From Octopus vulgaris (taxonomy: Eukaryota), in assembly GCA_951406725.2 (NCBI GenBank), contig OX597820.1, positions 83,328,001 to 83,392,000 on the forward strand: 64,000 nucleotides of DNA, given 5' to 3'. The translations under genes were made by a program, and so were the position numbers. This document shows, piece after piece, positions 1 through 12,615 of this stretch. Position 1 is the stretch's first letter. The number at the start of each line of letters is the position of its first letter. Below the pieces are notes generated by a model. It ran no database searches and was not told the origin of the DNA. It saw nothing but the letters and a program-made list of their open reading frames with translations.

Positions 1-38
<38 letters not shown>

Positions 39-239
39 AATATTCATCTCTGCAGATGTGCACTTAACATTATTCCAAGTAAAAGATGGAGAAGAACACC
101 CTTCCTCGAGTAGATTGCAGTGATTTTCACTGATCATGCTTAGTCGTCTTCTTTCACGTTAAACAGGAATACATTTTATATCTCCTGCATTTCTCTGCCA
201 AAGTCTCTGCCACATTATGGTACAAATTATGACAGACTC

Positions 240-560
240 TCTGACATTTTGGGGGACAAATTTCGCAGAAATTTTGCCCGTTCACAATTCGTTGGTGAAA
301 ATTTGATGAACGTTGGTGAGCGTCAAATTCAATTTCTCTGCTACCTATCTGATGGTTAACCGACTGTCGGCTTGCACGAGGTCTCTGATGCGTTCCACAT
401 TTTCGACATTTCTTGAAGTTAATAGCCTTCCTGTCTAACGGACACCTTCAACATATTCTTAGCCTTCGAACATAGGTTACGACGCATCTTAAAATATTTG
501 CTCTTGAGAAAATTCTCTTCCTGTAAACCTGTTGAAGTTGCGCAAAAGGTTGAAACAAAA
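240..560 (-). mobile_element. Degenerate mariner transposase fragment (HTH/linker region)
   Basis: Manual minus-strand translation gives TGRLLTSRNVENVERIRDLVQADSRLTIR*VAEKLNLTLTNVHQIFTNEL*TGKISAKFVPQN. This matches the mariner GRP...RLTIR HTH and WVPHEL-like linker, with in-frame stops. The 5' boundary is approximate. Confidence 0.8.
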
Positions 561-689
561 CTTAATCCTAATCGTTACCCGTAACTGGCCTCGATCATTT
601 TGGGACACATTTCACCTGTTAATGCTACATGACTGCTGCTTGAATTGAAGTAATGGTGGACGTTAATGTGTTAACACCATGAAGGAGAC

Positions 690-1255
690 TCAGCAGTGTG
701 GCCAGATTGAACGTGATGAGACTAGTCTCATTACTGAGAGACCTCGTAATTTTCAGAAATCCCTGGGAATTTAATATTACCGGAGGGTACTGCCGGTTCC
801 AGAGAAAGTTTACAAACACGAAAGATGAATTAATCGGCCCTGTTGAAGATGTGTGCAGAGCGACAAAACCGTTCTTTACGCAATCGTCCAATACCCGAAT
901 ATTGCTGATTTTTTTTATTAGTGTAGGAGACGTGCTTTCATGCTCGGCATGGATCCAAATATCAGCTGATTCCATTGTGAAAATCGTTTCGTTGTCTTGC
1001 TTTGGCTGGAAAGGTCAATCAGTGTTTATATATTGGCATTTGCATAATAGAGTGTGTGTGGTGGACCAAATAGAATGGGCTGAAGACAGACACTTTTCTC
1101 AATCCCTCATCAACACTTTTGGATTTCACTTAAAAAAAAAAAAAATCAGTGTATACAAGGAAGAACGGCTTACCAGAAGATTTGTTAAAAGGTGGATAAA
1201 ATTGGCGTCCATGGTCAAAGCAGACGAAACTACTCTAAGCATGGGCCTTTAGGTT
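690..1255 (+). mobile_element. Tx1-clade LINE ORF2 C-terminal fragment (zinc knuckle to stop), degenerate
   Basis: Frames give PC*RCVQSDKTVLYAIVQYP (decayed CCHC) and QSLINTFGFHLKKKISV...RWIKLASMVKADETTLSMGL*. These are colinear with the C-terminus of the Tx1 element at 31134-33638 (CPRCGQSDETVLHALVQCP...QSLINLFKYHLNRKVRV...WVNVARMACMNNEPTLSIIL*). Confidence 0.75.
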
Positions 1256-1390
1256 GAGGGAGGTCAACACGGACAAGACATTTGTTTTAGTGGTTTGTTT
1301 GACCATGAGTTCTATGTATAACATTCAAAAGTCTACTCTTTTGAGAAACTATTCATTGTTGAAATTTATTGTTGTTATTGTTTTAATGAT

Positions 1391-1575
1391 GGGGGTGATG
1401 TGGCAGAATCACTAGAGCGTCGGGCAGGGGACTTGTACTATCTGTTCCCGCTCTTGGCATCCTGAGTTAGACCCGCCGATATGAACGTTGCTTTGCATCC
1501 TTCCGGATCACTGCAATGATATTCCAGTGAAGTGATTGCCCACTTCACGCAAAACGAATGCCTTTGTACCAGAAT
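1391..1575 (+). mobile_element. Decayed tRNA-derived SINE (family A)
   Basis: TGGCAGAATC A-box-like start, GAGTTAGACCC B-box-like motif and TTGCTTTGCATCCTTCCGG body. Similar to the copies at 21493 and 61301. Confidence 0.6.
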
Positions 1576-1668
1576 ATGAAAACATTATCAGCACCACCAC
1601 AACCATTGCAACCATCATAGACAATATTACCGCAAAGAATATTGCCACCACCACCAACACCAGAGGTA

Positions 1669-1669
1669 T

Positions 1670-1760
<91 letters not shown>
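1669..1760. repeat. (ACT)n microsatellite
   Basis: Perfect trinucleotide run. Confidence 0.95.
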
Positions 1761-1761
<1 letters not shown>

Positions 1762-2025
1762 TGCAAACCAAATGTATGCCCGACGGGCATACCGGCGAAT
1801 GCTATTTGCATATAGTCATGGACTGGCAAATCAGTTTCCCTCAGTTTCGGTTGGGATACGCGATGTTGATGTGGCACAAAAATGGTGAAACATCAATATT
1901 CATGACGCCTAACAGGGAACTGGGGCGATTCGTCTCGTCTCTTGGTGACTGTAAGCTGTTTGAACACCCGGAACTTTGAGGGAGCCATCACCACCACGTT
2001 AAGCCGCGGCCTCTGAATTACAAAA

Positions 2026-2199
2026 AAAAAAAACACCTTTCATCAATTCAGTAATGAAAAATTATACCATCTAGAAAATTACATATTATAGAAAGATTAA
2101 ATATAAGATAAAACATATGACGAATATTAATATATGTAATTTTCTAGATGGTATGATTTAATTTTTTATTATTGAATTGATGAAAGGTGGTTTTTTTTC
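2026..2199. repeat. Imperfect ~65-bp inverted repeat (foldback)
   Basis: CACCTTTCATCAATTCA...ATACCATCTAGAAAATTACATAT at 2034-2086 has its reverse complement at 2132-2189, with a ~45-bp spacer. Confidence 0.85.
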
Positions 2200-2296
2200 T
2201 AATTTATACATATATATATATATTATATTTTGTGATATTTGATTTAGTATTTCTAAGTTGAATTTTTCCCTGTATGTTTGGAATAATATTCTCTCA

Positions 2297-2348
<52 letters not shown>

Positions 2349-3678
2349 ATTATTATTAATATTGTTATCATCATCATATATGCGTGTGTGTGTGTGTTTG
2401 TGTGTGCCTGTATGTGCATGTGTGTATCTGCATGTATGGGTGTGTGCATGTGTGTTACTGGTTGAATCTGTTATTTGTATACTTATTGCAAATGTCCTCT
2501 ATCACCTTCTTCATACTTTCTTTCCTAATCCTCTGGTTTTTGTTTTCTTCTTGTTGAGATTTTGCCCCCAACGGTCACTTTCTTAATGTTTTTAATTTTT
2601 GTTCTTTCTTTTCTCTTTTGCACTAGCGTTGCTCTTGCTGCTATTCATATTTTTATAAAATTCTTCATTTACTGAATTTCGTGACGTCTGTTTTATTCTT
2701 GCCACGATGTAGCGCTATTCTGTCCTTTATCCACCAAGACAGCTTTTTCGTTTTTTGCTCCTAACATAAACAGATTTGACCTCAATTGTTAACTAATATT
2801 CTTTTAATGGTTTTTGTTGTAATTAGCATAGAAGTTGTGTTTTAATATCGATTCTTGTGTTTTAGATTTTTTATAATAATTAATGAACGCTACCACTGAT
2901 TTTCTTCGTGTGATCTCGACGTGCTAATCAGAGAATAATTCATTCACTAATTGAATCGAGGAGAATGTTAAAGACTTATCTTTAAACGAATGCAGAAAAG
3001 ATAACTGAAGGGTCGTTGATCAAAAATAAGATTTTCGTTTTCTTTCTGATTTACATCGGTCGATTTACATGCCGATAGATAGATACTCGGATAACTCAAA
3101 CACATCGTCAATTACTTTCTCTCTCACACCCCACACACATATTTATGCACTCACAGACACAGACACACACTCACACACACATATATTAACAGAGATACCT
3201 GGCGTTGTCCGGTATTACATTGGCATAACTTTTCATTGTATTTCTTGTTTCGGGGATGTGAATGCAGACATGTGCGGGTGTTATATATTTTTGGCGACTG
3301 TGTAAGTGAGCATATGTGTGTTTCCAGTGAGAGTGGATGACCATAATCATATAGGCGCATCTAAATGGGTGCGCGAGCGCGTATGTGTATGTATGGACAT
3401 GCGCGCTTACGTGATTGCTCTGAGCATTTTTCATCACTTGCCTTTTACTCCCTGCGCTGATTTAGATGTCATTCTAATAGCACATTTCTCTTAATAACAG
3501 TCAATCACATAGTAATTTCCCTTTGCTTAACGGTCATTTTCATAGCAGTTTTTGATGCCCCAATAACTGAAGAGATGCTGGTGCGGATTTCCGCCCCGAC
3601 ATTCGAAAATCGGAGTTTTATCATGGCTACCGAATAATTGTCACATTATATTTACAGGTATATATATATATATATATA

Positions 3679-3756
<78 letters not shown>

Positions 3757-3861
3757 AATATATATATATATAGGGAGAGTTTACGAAAAAAAACAAAAGA
3801 CGAAGACAGGTGGTGTACAAAACAAACAGATATATATATATATATATATGCATATATGCAT

Positions 3862-3906
<45 letters not shown>

Positions 3907-4206
3907 CACATAATATACATATATGTGCGTGCGTGTTTATGCATGTATATATTCGAGATAAAAAAATCATTATTAATTGTAGCAGTATTAAACTGAAAGT
4001 ATTAACCCACAGTACATTAGAGATGTTATTGTTTCTCTTTTGACAGGTGATACTGAAATAGTGTAAGAGATAAGATATTACTCAGGGCTTGCATTAGGTA
4101 AGAAATTTTTGGCTCATTCACTGCGCCCACCGTAAGTAAGGCCGATGTATTATTTCAATGAAATCGTTTGGGTAATTCTGGAGTTTTAGTTATGCACAAA
4201 TACCTA

Positions 4207-4429
4207 TTTCTTTATTACCCACAAGGGGCTAAACATAGAGGGGACAAACAAGGACAGACATAGGTATTAAGTCGATTAAATCGACCCCAGTGCGTAACTG
4301 GTGCTTAATTTATCGACCCCGAAAGGATGAAAGGCAAAGTCGACCTCGGCAGAATTTGAACTCAAAACGTAACGGCAGACGAAATAACGCAAAGCATTTC
4401 GCCCGGCGTGCTAACGCTTCTGCCAGCTC
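4207..4429 (-). mobile_element. tRNA-derived SINE (family A) with Tx1-like 3' tail
   Basis: Minus strand reads GAGCTGGCAGAAGCGTTAGCACGCCGGGCG (A box), GAGTTCAAATTCTGCC (B box), GTCGACTTTGCCTTTCATCCTTTCGGGGTCGAT, then a tail ending GTGGGTAATAAAGAAA. Confidence 0.85.
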
Positions 4430-4599
4430 AGACAGACAGACACACATCCTCAGCTTTATATCAAATCTAGTTATCTATCTATCCATTCATCCATCTACCT
4501 ATCTATCTATCGATCGATCGATCTATAGCTATGTTTTTTGGTGTTTCTAAAACCTGTCATTACAAACAGAAAATACTTTTATTCAGACTGCAATCACCC

Positions 4600-5065
4600 A
4601 GTCAATGCATAGAGAAAGGTGCTAAAAAAGCCGCACAAAACATTTTTTGTCACGTCGACACTCTTTAGCATCCTGCGACTAACAGTTAGTCGTTGAAGCA
4701 GGAACACAGAAGACGAAAGATATAATACAATATTTGCAAAAGATCCGACAAAACTCAATATTTGCTGCTGCATCATGAGAAACCGTTGGGCTAAACTTTA
4801 TCTAAATGTCCTGAACGGAGAACAGCATTTTTGACTACCGATCTTCAAACACAGCACATAGTAATTGCAGCTTATTATGGAACACATCTCTCCGTTGAAG
4901 TTCAGCTTATTGAAGTATCATAAGGATACAAAATCTTCTGGGTTGGTAAACCAAAAGATGAATGACGTAGTTGTGTTGCTTTGCGATCAGAACTTTGGTA
5001 TAATGTTTAGAATATCCTTTCAGCATCACTGAATGCATAACGTAGTTTCACGTCTCTCTTTCAAT
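4600..5065 (+). mobile_element. RTE-clade LINE 5' region / AP endonuclease fragment, degenerate
   Basis: Translation KCPERRTAFLTTDLQTQHIVIAA...QLIEVS*GYKIFWVGKPKDE resembles the RTE APE motifs RPERRTAL...DIAALSET...GYTFFWSG. Confidence 0.7.
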
Positions 5066-6156
5066 GTCGACGATGTCAAAATCTCCCACCTACAACTTCC
5101 TTGCTTCATTAACTTTGCATCATTTTTGAAACTGCTGGTGATATCAGTAATTGGATAACGAAGATATCTAATTGCCACCAGCAATCAAAGTTCAATTAAA
5201 TATGTTCTACATTGATGAACATCTTATCAATATTCTGGATTAAGCTTTCTTCCTTTCTCTTCATGTAATACCAGTCCAAACATTAAAACTACAAATCTAC
5301 CACATATCCAACTATGTTATGCGTCGTGAAGAATATGATGTACCGTCGCTTGAGTTCTACTGACATTGTTTCAACCAGTTGCTAAATATTTTCTGAGCGG
5401 GCGATGAGCTTACAATACACGCGTAAATTACGCAAAAGCATCTCATTTCAAATATATTCCAAAGACTTGCAACCGAAGTTAAGAGTTTAGCTAACAACGA
5501 AATCCGTTACTCGTTCAGATCTACTTATTAGTAATAGTAAAAGCCAAGCTTATGCCCTGCATAGCCAATAACTGGGAATAATGCTTGAGAAGTATAGGAC
5601 AAAAGGTTGAGAGACCGAATGGTTTATGATTAAGATTTCAGAGATTGTTTTTTATGAATTAGGTTTGGAGAATTCAGCAGCTTTCATTACATTCTTATGT
5701 CTTCCGAAACTGAAGAGACTGGCGTTATTAAAAACCTTCTCGAACAGTCTCTAGACGTTGGAAGTGGACAAAGATACGAAGAGAAGTTATAGAATATATT
5801 AGAAAGGAAAGTTTAATGCAGTGCTTGAAGTCAGAGTACAATATTAATGATGCCAGAATTTCTGAGAATTCTTGCGTATAGCCAGCAGACATCATCCGTT
5901 TTGCAAACAGAGGTCAATGTTGAAGCATTAAAAAAGACAATTAATGGCCGCGAGTTCATCTGTTGTATACATTTTGGAGTATATTTGTGTGGCTTCAAGA
6001 AAGCAGGCCAAGTGCTAATTCTTTGAATATTACTAGAGAAGCAACTTACCCAAAATGTTGCGACGTGGAGTGAAACCGGGAAGCATGTGGCCGCAAACGG
6101 AATTTCTTAAGTAAACAGCTACGAGTGTGACTATTAATATTGCTATTGCCATTACT

Positions 6157-6192
<36 letters not shown>

Positions 6193-7616
6193 TTCTTGTT
6201 ATTGATAGAGCTGTTACTTAGTCTGTTCCTCCCTGTTACAGCTGATATTTTACATGTTATACATTAGTAGAACATGTAAGACAAGGAAATCTGTCGTTCT
6301 GATTGCAGCTCACGTATTTCTTGCTTTTCTTCATTGTTTATGATGATGGTAGTGATAATGTCGTCGTTTCCCTTGTCTCTATCTATTTGTTATTGTTATT
6401 GTTTTTTCCTATTGCTTTGGTTATTGATGTCGTTAATGATGCAATTATTTTAACTTATTTCTAACATAACGAGGTTTGAACTTTGGTAATGGTTTTCATA
6501 TTGTTGAACAGTTTATTGATGTTATTACCACCGATCGTATATGTCTTTTAATGTAGTTGCTGCTGTTGATTTTTTTGTTTGTAATTACTTATTATTCATG
6601 CTCTTCTCGTTGTCATCCCCTTCCGTTGCTGCAGTCATAACGAAGTGATAACATCGATGTTGTTTTCCTTAAGCTTTTTTGTAATGATACAGTTGCTATT
6701 GTTGTTAGTGTATTTGTTGCTGTTTTATGATAATGGTGGTGATGGCGGCGGTAGTGGTGATGGTGGTGGTGGTGGTTGAGATGTTGATACTATTGTTGAT
6801 GTGTGTGGTCAATGGGTGGTGGTCAATAAGATGATCTTCGTGCCGGTGATGAGAAGGGCGAAGTTGATATTGCTACACATGATCAGTATGAGGTTGGTGG
6901 GAGTGTGGTGTAGGTAATGGTTAGCATAACGAGTGAACCATTAAATGCTGTTGTTGTTGCTGCTGCTGCTGCTACCGTTAATGATCGTGATGATGATAAT
7001 CATATTATAGGGAGTGAATATTAATATCTTCCTATTTTTCTTTCTTTTCTATAATATTTATCTTTTGAAGTTGTTTTCTTGCTTTCATGTTATGGGTTCT
7101 TTCATCGATGGATTTATATTGATCGCTTCCTTCGATGTTCTCATCCACGTCATCCTCGTTAAACATATCATAGTTCTTGTTGTGGAAGTTGCAAGATGGT
7201 CTCGTAACCACACAACATATTGATTCATATTCACAAGAAATGTAAGCAAATATTCTTTGCGAGAGATTGTGATGATAATATTCCTGACGATGATGATATG
7301 ATAATAATATATACGGGGGTAAGTGGATGTGTGTGAGTACGGAAATATGTGTTTGCATATGTGTGTGTACTTACGTATATATTTGTATGCCTAAGTTGTT
7401 TTTACAAATGAAAATTTAACAATAACTTCGAAATTTCAGCATTAATTCTTTCCAAATATTTTATGTTTTGCACAGCTTGTGCGTGGGTCTGCTGATTGTA
7501 AAGTAGCTTTCTAATATTTTGTATGCGCAGGCCGGCCCATCGGAACAGTGTAAATAATATTTGTAGAATAATGTTTTCCTTTCACTTCTTTCCATCGCGA
7601 ACTTAAGAAAATAGTT

Positions 7617-7806
7617 GTCTTCTTCTTCTTCTTCTTCTTCTTCTTCTTCTTCTTCTTCTTCTTCTTCTTCTTCTTCTTCTTCTTCTTCTTCTTCTTCTTC
7701 TTCTTCTTGCTTCTTCTTCTTCTTCTTCTTCTTCTTCTTCATCTGCTTCTTCTTCTTCTTCTTCTTCTTCTTCTTCTTCTTCTTCTTCTTCTTCTTCTTC
7801 TTCTTC
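7617..7806. repeat. (TCT)n microsatellite
   Basis: Near-perfect trinucleotide run. Confidence 0.95.
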
Positions 7807-7959
7807 CCCTTCTCTTCTCATCCCTCTCCTTATTCTATTACATCTTGCTTTTCAGCAGAATCACTTATTTCAGCGCTGGTAGGTGAATAATACTTAATTA
7901 AACTATACAAAAATACTTAAATTATACTTACATATCAGCCGCCTTTCTGTAGATTTAAT

Positions 7960-8510
7960 ACACTTGAAGCAAGTAAGTTGAAGACTTATGTGATGCATTC
8001 GGAAATTTGAATCGAGAATCGAGGTTCTCATTCCAATCGGTCATCAATACAGCAACGAAAGTTGAAGTCTATCATGTATGTGTATTAACAGCACCGTTGT
8101 GTGGATGCAAAACCCGGACTACATACCGTAGGCATTTCCATCTTCTCAAGTGTTTCTCCCAACGATGCTTGCGTAATACCTCGAGATTCTCTGGGTGATC
8201 TCGTATACCTTAAGCTGGCAAATGTGAGGAGTACCGAGTTAATGATTATTAACATAGGTGGTATGGTAATCTTGGCCGTTTAGAGGGCACCCGTATGGCA
8301 AAACAGGCGTTAAATTGTGAGCTAGGGCAAAGAAAACGTTCCCAGTGAAAGACACGGAAATACTGCAACGATGATCTTAAAGACTTAAAAGATCATTATT
8401 GATACAAAGGTTTCCAAAGAAATTGAATCAAACAAGGAGCGGTGAAAGAATCCGATTGTTACTGATAGTCAAGAATTCGAGAAAAATAAGGTTTCATATA
8501 CTGAGTTGAT
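7960..8510 (+). mobile_element. RTE-clade LINE RT thumb / C-terminal fragment, degenerate
   Basis: AFGNL...TKVEVYHVCVLTAPLCGCKTRTTYRRHFHLLKCFSQRCLR and RWYGNLGRLEGTRMAKQALNCELGQRKRSQ match RTE motifs TKxKVY..LLYGCETWT..FHQRCLR and RWAGHV.RM...PKQ.FYGEL. Confidence 0.8.
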
Positions 8511-9569
8511 ATATGCTGGTAAATATAGGAGGGAGTAAACCCTATCTTGGAGTAGTGAACAAAACTGTCAATCTTACGACCAGCGTGGTCGTGTCCGTTT
8601 TCGAACGCAGGGCTTCTATGTTACGGGGGATGTCTACTAATATGATATCCAGAATGTTCTGTCGTGCATTTATTAACCAAAGTGTATGGATCAGCTTGTG
8701 GACGCATTCCGCATTGTAGGTCTCAATTGTTGCTGGAAGGCTCACTCGTGGGTTGCGGTGGAATAACGTGTACGCCTTAGGAGCCATACCACGCGTTATC
8801 AGCATTGATTCCCCCAATAGATAGATATATGTTTCATATTTTTATATTGTTATACGTTTATACTATTTTACTTTTTTATGCTGTCCTTTAGGTTCCTTTT
8901 CCCTTACTCCTATTATTTCAGTTATCGCACTTATTTATTTGTTTTTAATTCTATTTTGCTCTTTTACTTGCCCATATTAGCGATGGTGTATATATTTATT
9001 TTATTTGTTTTTGCTTTGTCTATTAACCATCAACAAACCGGAACCACATCCTGATTTTCAAAAAATAGCTGACCAATTAGGTTGCAGGACTGACCATGAC
9101 CCCCACCCCACTACACATAGGGATTCTGAGACTTGTTGATCGGTCAAAAAATCCCGAACACTAACACTGCACTTTAGTTACCAGCTGGTTCCTTAACCTG
9201 ATGAGTACTCATATACACCATTCGCAACGTTGCACTTACTAGCTGGCACTTTACATATGAACTTACACCTCCATAACACGGACCATACCTTCACATCCAC
9301 CAATGTATTTCTATGTAACATAAATTCGCCCTTCCTAAAATCTCCTCCCAAGAACGACTATGCTCACCACCATCGGACGAAGTAACATCGATCCTGAATT
9401 ACATGACGGAAAGTTTGTTACTTATTACCCCTTCCTATACCGAATTCATTTTAATAAATTGTACTTCTCTCGCTACGCCATATTTGTTCCTATTCTTTTT
9501 CTACCCTTTTCAATAAAGACAAATACACTGTACCAATTGTTAACTGTTTATTATATGTAATAGCCCTCC

Positions 9570-9633
<64 letters not shown>

Positions 9634-10479
9634 AATATTATATGATTGAGCGCCACGGATCCATTCCAAGTAAATTTATCTTAATACTTTTCATGTACTG
9701 TTCTTTCTCTCCTCCTTTCGTTTTTTCTCTCTCATCCTTACTCTATTTCTTTTTCTCCCTCTCACCATTTTCTATTTGTCTTTGTCTCTCTCTCTCCTCT
9801 TCCTCCTTTAACCTCTCTCATTGCTTACACGTGACCGTCGTCCATCTTACCTTTCCTCACGTGATCATATTTCCTTCCCTTCACTATGTCGCACACACCA
9901 GGTGCATTCTTATCTGTCTCTTCATCTATTTTTTCTCTTGTCAAAGAATACTCCCCTAGCGTTCGCTATCTTACCTCCTCTGGCCAAACGGCCCTCCATA
10001 TTTGTTTTTGTTACCAACTTTGACCCTCCACAAATCCCAAATTACATTTGTGTTTGCAGGTGCAACTGTTTTTCTAAGCCTCATAATGTTAATTGCTCGT
10101 GTGTGGAGTTGATGAACAACCGGAGGTTGAGTGTCTTTGATGAGCGTTAGAAGTCCCTTAGACGCTTAAGTTGCTGGGAAAAAATGATTACTCCTAACCT
10201 TAGAGTAGTTTCTTCTAGTATTTCGTATTGTTCACTTGTCCCTATTACTAGACTGAGAACGGTTTACCTCCAAGCGAGATGCTAGTTTTGTGTGTTTGCG
10301 TTCTTTTAGATGTGCTATAACTTGATTTAGTTGGACGTTTAGTTATTTCTGTAGGTGCATTTGTTCTAGATTTTTTTTCGGGAAGTGTTATCTGAAATGT
10401 AATGTCTTTTAAACTGAGTTGCGCAACTATGGTAGAAATTAATACGGTTCCTACAGTTGCAGCTAATTCATTACTTCCG

Positions 10480-10580
10480 ACTCATAACTACCAGTGCAAA
10501 GAAACAATTTTATACATATACGTTTAACTAGAGAAAATTTGTTCATCGAAAATACAGAACACGTCTAAATATGAATGCAT
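10480..10580 (+). mobile_element. Possible Penelope-like GIY-YIG endonuclease C-terminal relic
   Basis: With frameshifts it reads YQCKETI...RLTRENLFIE.YRTRLN, similar to the E..FI..Y.P.LN end of PLE GIY-YIG domains. The match is short and decayed. Confidence 0.4.
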
Positions 10581-11934
10581 AAACAAGTTTGAACACAGTT
10601 TATCACATACTGTGATATATCCATCACATATCCATAACATTACATATTTCCTCTCTCTACTTTAACTTTTGAGTATTTGTATATATTTATTTATCTCCTT
10701 CCCGAAAGACGAACAATTAACTCCCCTGTCCCCAATTATAACGATTACCTTCCCTTAGATTTTCTACCTGTTATACATTAAAAATTACATTATAACTATG
10801 TAAATTGTGTGAGATGTCCTTTTTACTAAATATATATCTGTGTGAGTGTGTGTGTATTTGTGTGTATTTGTGTGTATGTGTCTATGTATATAACTGTGCA
10901 CATACTCGCATATGTATTGTTTTGAGTATTTCTTTTTACTGTTAGCACTCTAGCTTAATATGTTTTTATTATCCATGTTGATGTAGATCTGATGTTCATA
11001 TTTTCTTATAATCATGGTCGATATTTTCATTGTTTATCATTCATGTCGATCGTGTTAGTCTCATTTGGATTTTTCGTACGTTTGTAATTTCTATCATAAA
11101 TATGTATCTCGCTTCTTCGATTTCTATGAAACAGGTCATTGGCATCACCCAACGTATTTCTTTCTAAACTATTTTATTCACGTTCATGTCTCATATGATC
11201 ATGCCATTTATGCTACAATAAAATTCCAATCATAAAATTTAACCAGGAAATATTGCTATTAATAAATACAACTTCAGTTCATAATTTGTATAATGATTAT
11301 GCTTTTTTTGTTATGTGTTTGTGCTCATTTTATCCATACGTTTTTCTAAGGATCTGAGTTAGAATCATTTCATGCTTCCTTCAGGCACAGCACTATTAGG
11401 AGACTGTGTTGATGAGCTATTTATATTCGCACTTTGTTCTTTCTAACTTGTATTCTTGATGAATATTTTTCTGTCATTTTATGTCTAATACCTACGATCG
11501 AATCCTACGATTGACTATGAAAGTGAGATCTGTAACTGTTATATCAACTTCAAATGCATTAAAACACATACACCCGCACATATTTGTCTTCGTTTGATGC
11601 TTGATACAAAAGCACACGGTGTGTTCCATAAATCTATCTACCAAAGCCACCGTTATGCATTTTCTAATTTACCATCTAGCGCTTACTTTTTCACTCATTC
11701 CTTATATAATTATCAATTCCATTTGAATAGTTCTTTCAATGACACAACCGAGCAGTTCTTTCCACCGCAACCTTCGATATCAGTTGAGCTAATAATCAGA
11801 GCCCCGTTGGCTTTCTTTTCCAAGTCCAACGTATTCAAGTTTCATTACCTCGACACACCTCCATGTGTAGTTTTACTTGTTGATTATTTTCTTGTTACTG
11901 CTTCTCTCATTTATTGCTAGTAGTTATTTGTGCA

Positions 11935-12220
11935 TAGGAGAGAAAGATAAGAAAGCTCTTAGCAAGAATGGAATCCACCATCCAAATGCAGACACTGGTC
12001 GCCTATACATGAAGAGAGCAAATGGAAGAAGGGAGCTGATAAGTGTAGAAGACAGGGTATATTTCAAACTTCTCAGCTTACTAAAATACTCATTCTAAGG
12101 TAAAGAATCATTGCTAGTGTCAGTTAGGAATGAATGAGTATAAAAAGCAGAGAAAAAACGAAACAAAACAAGCTGTACAAGAAAGGCATGAAAAAGAATT
12201 ATGCAACAATTATGCAAGAA
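11935..12220 (+). mobile_element. Dong/R4-clade LINE fragment
   Basis: KKALSKNGIHHPNADTGRLYMKRANGRRELISVED matches the R4/Dong motif HHPKSDxxRLYxxRxxGGRGLI. Confidence 0.8.
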
Positions 12221-12324
12221 TTATGCGGAGTCGGATAAACGGATTTTACAGAAGGGCTTAAAACCATGACGTATACAAACAATCATATTTCTTCAAAATA
12301 CGATGATGCAAAAATCTCAAGTAC

Positions 12325-12615
12325 AGCCTTTCTGTAAAATTTAATTCTTTTATCCGACTCCGCCACTGGCTGCGATTTGTACTCATAACATGTCTTGGCT
12401 CACTCTAGCCCCCACTTCTCACATAGTTTCCAATGTACCAGTTTCGCTACTTCGTCATACCGTCATAACTTATATGTTTTGGGGCAAATCTAGCGCATTT
12501 GTTCACGACTGAAACAATGGTTTCCTCAACTCTATTACAGATTCCTTACGTTGACCACATAATTTGTGTCCAAACCTTCGACTTCCGATGCTATTATGGT
12601 GCCCTTAATCTTTTT
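12325..12615 (-). mobile_element. Dong/R4-clade LINE zinc-knuckle fragment (inverted relative to the preceding fragment)
   Basis: Minus strand reads GICNRVEETIVSVVNKCARFA...RYDEVAKLVHWKLCEKWGLE, the CCHC plus RHD..A..HW.LC motif. Confidence 0.75.

Noticed and set aside
4030-4105. Exon-like cassette (TTTCTCTTTTGACAG ... AG|GTAAGA)
   Set aside because: Stop codons occur in all three frames and no partner exons were found. It probably lies in a repeat.
8542-8817. 91-aa minus-strand ORF, possibly a PLE N-terminal region
   Set aside because: No diagnostic motif; the resemblance is too weak to call.
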